Source of the DNA: Eledone cirrhosa
Taxonomy: Eukaryota
Reading direction: 5' to 3'
Assembly (NCBI GenBank): GCA_964016885.1
Contig: OZ024745.1
Location: 131,564,001 to 131,628,000 of the forward strand
DNA length: 64,000 nt
A model generated the notes under the pieces. That model saw nothing but the letters and a program-made list of their open reading frames with translations. It was not told where the DNA came from and did no database searches. Position numbers and translations under genes: made by a program. Shown in pieces: positions 26,420-37,599 of the stretch (the first letter of the stretch is position 1; every line of letters starts with the position of its first letter).

Positions 26420-26795
26420 TCACAAACACGCACATATGTACACACAAACACACACATACGTACACACAAACACACACATACGTACACACAAACACACACA
26501 TACGTACACACAACACACACATAAGTACACACAAACACACACATACGTACACACAAACACACACATACGTACACACAAACACACACATACGTACACACAA
26601 ACACACACATAAGTACACACAAACACGCACATATGTACACACAAACACACACATACGTACACACAAACACACACATACGTACACACAACACACACATAAG
26701 TACACACAAACACACACATACGTACACACAAACACACACATACGTACACACAAACACACACATACGTACACACAAACACACATATACGTACATAC
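26420..26795. repeat. ~22-bp CA-rich minisatellite
   Basis: Unit gtacacacaaacacacacatac. Confidence 0.9.
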
Positions 26796-26904
26796 AAAGG
26801 TAGAGACGCATAAAAACAGTTACATGCACAAAAATAAAAAGTACACACACACACATATATACAAACCAGAAAGTAATAGGGGTCCCTTAATCAGATCAAT
26901 ACAA

Positions 26905-27120
26905 CACTTACAAGGGCAGCCCATCATCTCCATTGATGACAGCCCAGCATGTGACTGTGGGGACCCTGACCAGACAGTACTGCATGTGGTCTGGGACTGA
27001 CCCCTCAGATGTTCTCCCCGGTAGCCTGGGGGCAATCCATAATACTACAAATGACACCTTGGTCTCACTCTCCAGTCTCGACCTGTCTCACTAGCTACTG
27101 TGTATATGGCATATGACAAC
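26905..27120 (+). mobile_element. LINE 3' fragment with CCHC zinc knuckle (Ingi/Vingi/I-group-like)
   Basis: SPACDCGDPDQTVLHVVWD*P fits C.CG...QT..H....CP; the 3' end is repeated at 55250-55315. Confidence 0.6.
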
Positions 27121-27531
27121 ACACACAAACAGTCATACACATACACACACAAACACACATACACAAACATACAATGAGAGACCCCACAAACACAATCATA
27201 CGCACACATACAAAGAGAGAGCCACACACATACACATTAACACACAGCAAACACATGTAATATATACATCCACAGATCAATTCTCTCTAAAACAATGGAT
27301 ATCTCAAGTATACAGAACATTGTTCTCTTTCCTAGTTACTCCACTGCTTCTTTCCCACACCCTCTCTGTCTCCCTACTCTCTCTCTCTCTCTCTAATACT
27401 CTCACCCTTTCTTTCCCACTCTCTCTCTGACCCCCACCCCCCATATGAAATAGATTATGCTTTATTTAAAATACGTTATATAACATAACACTACTTAGGA
27501 GGAGAAAAAAAGCAATATATACAATATACAA

Positions 27532-27614
27532 TACAGCCTGTCCCAAAATATGTATATACACTTTTATTAGAATGCTGTTGAAGTCTCTGTATGTATTTTT
27601 GGGGACGCCCTATA
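27532..27614. mobile_element. Tiny Tc1/mariner-type MITE
   Basis: ta|cagcctgtcccaaaa ... ttttggggacgcccta|ta imperfect TIRs. Confidence 0.5.
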
Positions 27615-27889
27615 CACACACATACACACCCTTATATTAACATATTTTTACTCATAGCTTCGTACTTACATGCACACACACTCTTTTACTCACATATACA
27701 CACACATTAGCTTCATACATACATATAATAACACACACAAACACATGTTTACGCACGTGCACAAGTATAGCTCTTTTTACAAAACGTTTTTTTTTCCATT
27801 TCAGGTAGACCTGCTCCATCATCCACTTTTCTAAAAAACAAATCATACACAAAACGCCAGCACCAACAGTTTTAGCAAGAGATGTCAAC

Positions 27890-28096
27890 ATGAATGGACC
27901 TGTTATTTTTATCTAAAGACATTTTTTCCAATTCCATCCCGCCCGTCCCTTCAATCTATCTTATTTCTCATTCTTTTTTCTGATGAAGGACTAGTGTCCA
28001 AAACGTTAAGACCCTCTTCCTGCTATATCAAGCATTAATCTAATATATCCCTTCCATATGCTGTACCAATTGTGTTGTTATTTCTGTTTACCTTTT
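27890..28096 (+). mobile_element. Degenerate hammerhead-bearing repeat (family also at 3950-4070 minus and 58285-58455 plus)
   Basis: CTGATGA-aggac-tagt-gtcc-aaaacgtt (G12 mutated) followed by the shared tail tcaagcat...ttgttatttctgttt; ends at (TA)n. Confidence 0.55.
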
Positions 28097-28147
28097 ATAT
28101 ATATATATATAAAGAAGAAATTAAAAGATGGTTAAAAAAGTTCCAAA

Positions 28148-28217
28148 TATTTTATTATGCGCATTTCGAAAACAACATCATCCTGGGACAAAAATTGTGT
28201 TCTCATCAGATAAAATA
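28148..28217 (-). ncRNA. Type I minimal hammerhead ribozyme motif
   Basis: TATTTTAT-CTGATGA-gaacacaat...gttgttttc-GAAA-T-GCGC-A-TA-ATAAAATA. Confidence 0.78.
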
Positions 28218-28318
28218 AGGTAACATGATATGAGGCCTAAAAACACTTGTGAACAAGAAAGTGTCCAGTCTGAACTTTCTTGTTCACAAGTGTTTTTAGG
28301 CCTCATATCATGTTACCT

Positions 28319-28388
28319 TATTTTATCTGATGAGAACACAATTTTTGTCCCAGGATGATGTTGTTTTCGAAATGCACATAATAAAATA
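28319..28388 (+). ncRNA. Type I minimal hammerhead ribozyme motif
   Basis: Same as 28148-28217 but loop III is GCAC (palindrome broken). Confidence 0.72.
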
Positions 28389-28628
28389 TATGAAACTTTT
28401 TTAACCTTCTTTTAATTTCTTCTTTATATATACTCCAGCTCTACCAACTGTTGAGTGCTACTTATCTGATATATGCATAGTTTTATTGTTCTACAATATT
28501 ACTCACCTTCTACATTATATATATATTATATGTATATATATATATATGTATATATATATATGTATATATATATATGTATATATATATATATGTATATATA
28601 TATATGTATATATATATATATGTATATA

Positions 28629-29396
28629 CACAAGAGATGTAGCGGGATAGCAGGCAAACTAACAGGTAGGGAGAACTATGTATGCAGTAGATGTACAGGG
28701 AAATTAGACAGTAGAAGTCGCACTGATAGACACATTTTTCAAATGCGAGAGGGCGCTATAGAAGTGGTGGATAGCTTCCGGTACCTAGGAGATCAGATTA
28801 GCATGGGAGGAGGGTGTTCCGAGGCCATAGTATCTAGAATAAGGACGGGTTGGAAGAAGTTTAGGGAGCTGCTTCCTCTATTGACGAAGAAGGGTTTCTC
28901 CCTGCGTACGAAAGGCCGGTTGTATGATGCCTGTGTGAGGAGCGCGATGCTGCATGGTAGTGAGACATGGGCAGCTACCGCAGAAGATATGCGACGGCTG
29001 GAGAGAAATGAGGCAAGCATGCTCCGTTGGATGTGCAGTGTAAATGTGCGTGAACGACCCAGCATAAATGTGTTGAGAGAGAAACTGTGTCTGAGAGGGA
29101 TAGAATGTAGTGTACGGGAGAGGAGACTGAGGTGGTATGGACATGTGATGCGCATGGAGGATGACCGATGGGTGAAGAAGTGCCAGGAAATGCCAGTTGA
29201 AGGAAGACGTGGTAGAGGTAGACCACGAAAAACATGGGCGGAGGTGGTGAGAACAGACCTCAGATCATTGAAGCTCACGGTGGAGATGACGAGGGACCGT
29301 GACGAGTGGAGAGATGCTGTGCTGAATAAGACCCGTCCCACCCTTGCAAGCAGGGAAAAGCGGACGTAAAATGATGATGATGATGATGATGATGAT
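28629..29396 (+). mobile_element. 5'-truncated RTE-clade LINE, open frame to the stop at 29369, (ATG)n tail
   Basis: HKRCSG...CSRC, VDSFRYLGD, KGRLYDACVRSAMLHGSETW, RRLRWYGHVMR, GRGRPRKTW. Confidence 0.92.
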
Positions 29397-29581
29397 ATAT
29401 ATATATATATCTATATATATATGTATATATCTATATATATACATATATATATGTATATATCTATATATATATATATATATGTATATATATGTATATATCT
29501 ATATATATATATATATGTATATATATGTATATATATATATATATGTATATATATGTATATATATGTGTGTATATATATATG

Positions 29582-29612
<31 letters not shown>

Positions 29613-29924
29613 GTATGTATATATATATATATATATATGTTTTGTTTTCATGTTTTGTATTCATTTTCGTTTCTCTCAATTTTCACTTTTCTCCTATTTC
29701 TCACTCACTTCCTACCTCGAGATTTCCCATCTGCATTGTTGTAGCTTTCTAAACTACATATTTTACACATTTCACAATGCTTCAAGCAAACTTTAACACC
29801 CTCATATATATGTATATATATATAGTAATAATAATAAAATTGAAGACTAAAATCCAAAGAGGGCTCGATAAGGAAAATATATATCAGATATATAAGAACC
29901 GAAGAGCAAATATTTATTAAAATA

Positions 29925-30000
29925 ACAGATTAAAGTTTAAGCAAAGAATCGCTGCTTTCACCCTTAACGGGATCTTCTGAAACTAACAAAGTCAATCTGT
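29925..30000 (-). ncRNA. Variant type I hammerhead fold (mirror of 32412-32487)
   Basis: Reverse complement of the plus-strand motif. Confidence 0.55.
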
Positions 30001-30022
30001 AAACGCAGAACTGGATATACCT

Positions 30023-31504
30023 GAAATTAGAAGTTTGGCCCCTCTCGCACTGTGGAACAATTCTTTCGCGGTGATTGATTGGTTCAACGGCATATGTAAC
30101 AAGGAACATTGCCGTTTTATCCAATTCGACATCAACAATTACTACTCCTCCATCACTTTACCACTTCTCCTTAGAGCTATCAATTTCGCTAAAACACTCA
30201 CAGTGGTTAAGGATTTCGAAGTTGATGTCATCCTTAATGCCTGAAAGTCGGTGATTAATTTCGACGACTCTATTTGGATTAAAAAATCCAATAGTACCCC
30301 ATTCGACGTGAGTATGGGCGCCAGTGACTCTGCGGAGGTTACTGATCTTATTGGCCTTTTCCTTCTTTTCTCTATCAAGGACGAATTCCCCAACGCGGGC
30401 GGTGGTTTGTACCATGACGATGGTCTTTTGACCATGACTAAGTGCGGACCTCGTGCTTGCGACAGGTTCAGAAAAGAACTCACAGCCTTCTTTAAAGGCT
30501 TCAACCTCTCTATACAGGTTGAGGCCAATCTCACGGTCGTTAATTACCTCGACGTTACCCTCAATTTATTGAATGGGTTGTATTACCCGTATAGAAAGCC
30601 GAATGATACGCTTAATTACATAAGTAAGCATTCCAACCATCCTGCCAGCATAACCAAGAACCTGGTAAAAAACGTTTCGTTGAGGCTTTCCCGTCTTTCC
30701 ACCAACGAGCGCATTTTCAACGACCATTCCACTTATTACAATGAAGCTCTTGCTCGAAGTGGATTTGTCGATAAGGTAGCATATACAGAGTACGAAAATA
30801 GACCTAGAAGAAATAGATCCCATCGCATTTGTTGGTTTAACCCACCATATAATATGGAGGTGGCCACACCATTAGCTAAGATCTTTCTTTCCCTTATTAC
30901 GAAGCATTTTCCCCCTACACATAAATATAGTAAAATTTTTAATAGAAACACTATTAAAATTTCTTACTCTACGACTCCTAACCTTGCACATAACATCACA
31001 GCTTCAAATTTAGCTAAACTACTTAGCCGTAGGAACATGTGCAACCCTGTAGTTAGTACTAACTGTAATTGTAGGAATCGGGCTGATTGTCCCCTATCCG
31101 GGAAATGCCTCTCTAGTAACATTGTCTACAAATGTAAGGTTGTAACACCCACGTCCCGTAGGGCCTACATAGGGTTAACCGCCAATAGTTTCAAGCAGCG
31201 TCTTTACATGCATACCCATTCTTTTCGTTACCCTCTAAGAAGGAATATGACGTCACTTTCAGCTTATATCTGGAGTCTAAAAGACAACCACAGCCAATAT
31301 AAGTTACACTGGGAGATCCTAGCTAGGGCTAGATCATATAACGGAAATAAAAGACCATGTGACCTCTGCGCCGCTGAGGCCCTGGAAATACTCTACGCCA
31401 CAGACCACATCTTAAACAAAAAATCTGAGGCAATTTCGGCTTGTAAACATAAATTGCACAAAACTTTCCTGTATTACAGCCCCACGTTATACCCTAACGG
31501 ATAG
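30023..31504 (+). pseudogene. Penelope-like RT / GIY-YIG endonuclease ORF (resembles the Hydra clade), one in-frame stop at 30242-30244
   Basis: FIQFDINNYYSSI (RT motif A), DVSMGASDSAEV (B), GLYHDDGL (C, normally YRDD), NYLDVTL, SNHP, WFNPPY, CNCRNRADCPLSGKC linker, NIVYKC...YIG, CDLC..E, LNKKSE...CKH. Confidence 0.88.
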
Positions 31505-32411
31505 CACGATCTATACGTGGATATTTTACGTCTTGATGTGGGAGCTAAGTATATGTTTTGTTTATTCCTTTACTTATTTGCATAGGTAAGTATATATTAC
31601 CCGTATGTTTTGTGAAGATATGTATACCTTCTCGTACGTATATTTGACTGTTATGGCGTATAATTTTTACATATTCTGGTATTTAGGGTTTGGTTATGTG
31701 TATATGGGAGTTTTGCGTCTGCGTGAGTATGCAGGTTCGTACGTATGGTGGGTGTGTGTATATGTGTACTTCTTGTTTTAGTTGACTTACGTCTCCGAAC
31801 CTTCGTGTATTTATTTGTAGGTATGTGTGTGCGCTTGTTATATATTTATTTACTTATATACGTTTATATAATTATTTATTTATTTGTACACAAGCATACA
31901 CACATACACATATTTATATGTGCGTGGTTTTGTATACCTATGGTAAGGTTTTGTGTATGCTTGTGTATGCACGTATCTGTTTGCGTGTATGTATTTATTT
32001 GTTTCTATTACTTCTGTATTGTATTTATTTACTTTGTTCTTAACTCTGTAGCGGAGATTCATTCGGTCTCCTAGTTAGAATTTTAGTCTACAACTTCTGC
32101 TATACCATTTACGTGGTTTTGTCTTTGCGTGCTATTGTTCTCCACGCTCCACATATGACTTATTATCTTCGTTTTTTCGTTCATTGCCAGAGAACGTCTC
32201 TATGCACCACTTAGAGAACATTAGTCTACGACCTCTTTTATACCATAAACGTGGTTCTGTCTTTGCGCGTAATTGTTTTTCACCGCTCCTATTCATGACG
32301 TATTATTCGTTTTTTCCCGTTCTTTGCCAGCGAACGTCACCACGAACCAAAGTATCGTCTTCCTGTATTCCTCCGGTTGCAACGTTTTTTGAAATATCCA
32401 GTTCTGCGTTT

Positions 32412-32487
32412 ACAGATTGACTTTGTTAGTTTCAGAAGATCCCGTTAAGGGTGAAAGCAGCGATTCTTTGCTTAAACTTTAATCTGT
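32412..32487 (+). ncRNA. Variant type I hammerhead fold in the PLE pseudo-LTR
   Basis: ACAGATTGA..AGTTT-CAGAAGA-T-CCC-gttaa-GGG-T-GAAA-GCA-loop-TGC-TT-AAACT..TAATCTGT; core reads CAGAAGA instead of CTGANGA. Confidence 0.58.
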
Positions 32488-32501
32488 TATTTTAATAAAT
32501 G

Positions 32502-32782
<281 letters not shown>

Positions 32783-32939
32783 ATATATACGTATATCATC
32801 ATCATCATTTAACGTCTATCTTCCACGCTAGCATGGGTTATATATATGTATATATATATGCATATGTATACATATATATATATACATGCATATATATATG
32901 TACAGATACATATATATACAAATTACATATATATGTACA

Positions 32940-33160
32940 TATGGTGGCTGCCAACTCATTTTCGAGTACGGCCACTACTTTATATCCATGTAGGAGAACC
33001 CCTACCGATGCGCTGAACGAGTGTGACTTTTTAGTCCAGCCAGCGACTTGAAAACTCTGGTACAAACACTACATTTGTGACAATTATTGACACATAGTGC
33101 TGGGCCCATGGTACCATGTAACGACAAGTGCAGAGAGATCTCCAGATACAAAGCAATGCA
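32940..33160 (-). mobile_element. LINE 3' end encoding a C2H2 zinc finger (RTE/BovB-like)
   Basis: [23 protein letters not shown] followed by a short UTR. Confidence 0.6.
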
Positions 33161-33664
33161 ATAATATTTATACATATATATATATACACATATACATACA
33201 AACATATATATATATAAATACATATACATACAAACATATATACATACAAACATATATACATACATACACATATATATACACACATATACACATTCACATA
33301 CACACAAAAATTAAGAGATATGAAAATATTTTGTAAAGCTCAAATAACTTAAATTCACATTTAATTCCTTGAGAAATTACATTTAAATAAAACGAAATAA
33401 CCTCCCCTCCTCCATAAAAAACAACAACAACAACTAACTCACAACTGAAAAACCAACGTCCTAAACTATTAAAAAAAATTACTAAAAATAAATATGCAGT
33501 TGTAGATTTAATTGTTCGCAAATTCCAGTGCAAGCAATTGATTATATATATATATATATATATGTATGTATCTCTATATATATGTATGTATATGTGTATA
33601 TATATATGTATATATATATATATGTATATGTATAAATGTATATATATATGTGCGTGTGTGTACG

Positions 33665-33702
<38 letters not shown>

Positions 33703-35626
33703 GAAATAATAATAAAATATTAAAGAAAAGAAGCTAAGTACTTCTGTATATATATACTGAAGTAGATTTAGTGGTAAAATATCATTCAGAAGAAACATTT
33801 TTTTAAACCCAAAAGATTAAGGATGTTACATGGTTTTGCCATGTTTTGTTTCTTTTCTTTATATTTAATACTAGTTTTGTGTGTGTTTGCCACCTACACA
33901 ATATGCTATCTCAATTGAATATGTTTTCTGTACAAGTGTCTTTCACTTTTCTCTATAAAACCTCTGAAATATTATTTTGTAATATTTTGAATTACATGAT
34001 GTTATAGCAAAAGGTTAAAGATTGAATAAGAAAAATGTTAAGTAAAAAAAACAAAAACAGCAACAACAATAACAAAATAACAACAGCACTAACAAAAACA
34101 CCACCAGCAACAACACTAACAAACACAAAATATTATATGCAGCAAAAACAACAAAGATATCCAACATAGTAGATGGAAATAAAATAGAACTTACAATTAT
34201 AAAAGAGAATTCTGAAGAAAAATAATTATATATAAACAATTTTCTTTTATTTCCTTTGTCTTTTATGTTTCCAATGAGAAAAAAAAATGCCAGTAAATAC
34301 ATTAAAATAAAGAATATAAAAAAAGGGGAAGTGAATAAAAACACAACCAAAGTTAGAAATGGAGTAAAATAATAGAAACGGGAAAAAAACTTTTGAAGGA
34401 AAGGAAATTTGCCAAATATATATTAAAAAAAAAAAATTTAAATCTGTCTGAAGAACTCTAAGTTCTCTGAAAGATAAGTTTTGGCCACCAGTGATGCAGG
34501 TCATGTCAAACTTAATTTGCATCAACTGATGAGTAGAAGACACAGTGCAAATAAAACGCTTTGGCTGGTAAATTCTACCATTTTTACTTAACTTTTGACA
34601 TCCTGTACCACATGAAATCACATTAGCAAGACATTCTTGAAAAGTACAAAACAGCAATGGCACTGCATCTCATTAAACAACTAAGGTCTTTTTCACAAAG
34701 ATTTCTCCCAGTTGTCAATATACTCTATACATTTGAATTCACAAACCAGTTTTTAAATATTTTCTATTAAATATTTACAGGATGTTAAGTGTTGACATGT
34801 AAATTATATGTATTTTTTATTGTTTTGCCAAGAAGGACAGCTCCATGACTCTATATATCTTCAAGGCCTCTGAGATTGGTAGGAGAGTAGAAGGGAGTTA
34901 CTCTCAAACCAGAGACATAACCTGAATGCTTGCAATGGAGTGGGAACTGTTAAAAGCATCTATGAGCTAGATGCTAATGTTAAACTGGGTGATGAATTAA
35001 CCCTCTCAGACTTGGGCCCTTGTATCTAACTCTACCCTCCCCCTGGTAAAACACAAGTAGTTACATACACAGCCCAAGAGAAATGATTGCAGGCAAATTA
35101 ATGGACAGAATCAACATAAGGTGCAGTAAATGTATCTACCCAGCCTGCATCTAAATTTACATAATCTCCACCACCCCTATCAGTATCAGCTGTGTTAGGG
35201 CCACTATAGATTTGTCCACCCAAATCACTACTTTCCTGACCACTTTTACCAGTTTCATTGTCCAAATCACTCTTGCTCTTTGCATAAGGGTAAACTTGTT
35301 GAAATTCTTGCTCACCTTCGTTCATAGAATAAATATCATCAATAATTTCCTCAATTGTAAAGTGTCTAAGACTTGCTTGTTTACCAGACGAAGTGCTGGG
35401 TTCATCACACACTCATTTCATTGCAGAAAAATCCCATTTTTTTCAGTTAAAAACAAGAGTAAACAACAATTATAGGGGACACCATTTACAATAAGTAACA
35501 TATGTAAATACAACGCTGCAATGTGTTCAGTTGTCTATTTTTATGTGTATTCTCTATGTGTGTTCATTGCTACTTTAAGGGGAATCCAGTAGAGATTACA
35601 TTTAGGCTATTACCGTTAGAGCAGGA

Positions 35627-35908
35627 ACATGCCATGACAAGGTTAAGTTTACCTCCCATGCAGGCCATGACAAGGTTAAGTTTACCTCCCATGTAGGCCA
35701 TGACAAGGTTAAGTTTACCTCCCATGCAGGCCATGACAAGGTTAAGTTTACCTCCCATGCAGGCCATGACAAGGTTAAGTTTACCTCCCATGTAGGCCAT
35801 GACAAGGTTAAGTTTACCTCCCATGCAGGCCATGACAAGGTTAAGTTTACCTCCCATGCAGGCCATGACAAGGTTAAGTTTACCTCCCATGCAGGCCATG
35901 ACAAGGTT
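35627..35908. repeat. 33-bp minisatellite (~8.5 units) abutting a reverse SINE fragment
   Basis: Unit gccatgacaaggttaagtttacctcccatgcag. Confidence 0.95.
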
Positions 35909-36315
35909 TGAACTCAGCATGTAAAGAGCCCTAACAAATATACTACAAAACATCCCATCCAATTGTTTAATGACTCTAGACTGGCACTTTATTTATTGAC
36001 CCCAAAAGAATGAAATCCAGACTTAACAATGACAAGATTTTAATTCATAAATCAAAAGTCAACTTTGCCTACCATCCCCTGGGGTCGATAAATAAAGTAC
36101 CATTCTTAGGTGGTGAAAACCAAAAAGGACTTGGATGGAGGATGTCCGTTGAGATCAAGCTAGGCTTGGCCTGATAAAAGTGAGACTGGTGGACAGAAAC
36201 ACATGGAGTGAGACACTAAGGAGCGCTGTCAGACAGGACCCACCCCTACTTAGGGATTGTGTCCTGCATAGTGAAAAACTGTATGATGACGATATATATA
36301 TATATATATATATAT

Positions 36316-36541
36316 GTAGGAATCCGTAAATGAAAGATCAAAGAAAACAGTGCTCAATCTGTTGCAAGAGACCTTATTTACTTTAAACAAAGTTTCATAC
36401 ACTTAGCATGTGTTACCATTGGTTTTGGGGTCCAGTTATGGTCACCACTGTATATTGGAGGAGGCTCTTTAAAAGTGCCCCCTCCAATATACAGTGGTGG
36501 CCATAACTGGACCACATGTTAAGTGCATGAAACTTTGTTTA
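36316..36541. mobile_element. Palindromic Penelope-like pseudo-LTR relic with tail
   Basis: Inverted arms across 36384-36541, decayed hammerhead 3' part gaaactttgtt, tail hairpin 36349-36371, (TA)n both sides. Confidence 0.55.
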
Positions 36542-36577
36542 TACTATATATATATATATATACATACACATACATAC

Positions 36578-36608
<31 letters not shown>

Positions 36609-37230
36609 CATACACATACATATATATACATATATATATATACATACATGTATGTATGTATGTATATATATACATATATATATACAATATATATACCAGC
36701 CAATATAATGTTAAAGTCCTTTAATATGTTTACAAAATATATCTGTTTTATATTTTATATAAATATGTTTCCTATTAGTGTGGTTTATTGAAACGAAAGT
36801 AAAACTTTGCTTCACTGGATGCTCACTGTTGGAATACATTTGTGTTATTTTCTAATATACAATTTTAACAGTGTATAAACATAAACTATATAGCAGCAGG
36901 TAAACAGAAGCTAAGTACTTTTTGCCATTTTCTTGTTTCAGTTTCTGATTTTTGCTTTACTTTTTGGTGTATTAATAAAATAGAACATAGCTGAAAGATT
37001 TATACATAAATATCAATATCCTAGAAGTTCTTTTATCACAATATTCAGAGTAAAACTGCTAGTTCCATGAAGACTTCAAGTTTTCCATTATCATTTATCA
37101 GCATACATTTTTTTCCCCTTATTTCTTGTTCTGCTTGAAGCAACATAAAGCTTACCCTAAACCACACCCATTTTTAAACTCGCACTAACTCACTCTTTTC
37201 TTGCTGCCAGTTAGGACAGCATGATAAACA

Positions 37231-37317
<87 letters not shown>

Positions 37318-37599
37318 ATAAATAAATAAATAACCAAGGTTTAATACATTATTTGATTTACACATGTTTCTTTCACATACAGAAGGAAGTAACATTTTAT
37401 TCTTCTGTACTGAATTCATCAGAATCATTAAATAATACAAAAATGTCTTCCAAATACGAAAAAATTCGAAAAATGTTTGCGGTTGGTGGAGCTTCAAATA
37501 TGAAGACTGCATATTTCACATTAGTTGTTTATGTGATAGGAGATAGCACATGCTATAACACACACACACACTAGCAAACTATTCATCACAAATAATAAT

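Larger units (their letters stand above)
28105..28515. mobile_element. Near-perfect ~325-bp palindrome (Penelope-like pseudo-LTR pair) plus tail
   Basis: Arms 28105-28262 / 28274-28431, ~11-nt spacer, hammerhead in each arm, tail hairpin 28432-28459. Confidence 0.8.
29837..32500 (+). mobile_element. 5'-truncated Penelope-like retroelement with inverted pseudo-LTRs (29912-30018 / 32394-32500) in (TA)n
   Basis: RT plus C-terminal GIY-YIG ORF, ~107-bp inverted repeat containing a hammerhead-like fold, tail 29837-29911. Confidence 0.92.

Noticed and set aside
30242-30244. In-frame TGA in the PLE ORF as possible selenocysteine or readthrough
   Set aside because: It lies at a position expected to be Arg (A-R-K-S), so CGA>TGA CpG decay is likely. 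The nearby YRDD>YHDD change is also a CpG-type transition, the element is 5'-truncated, and no SECIS was recognised.
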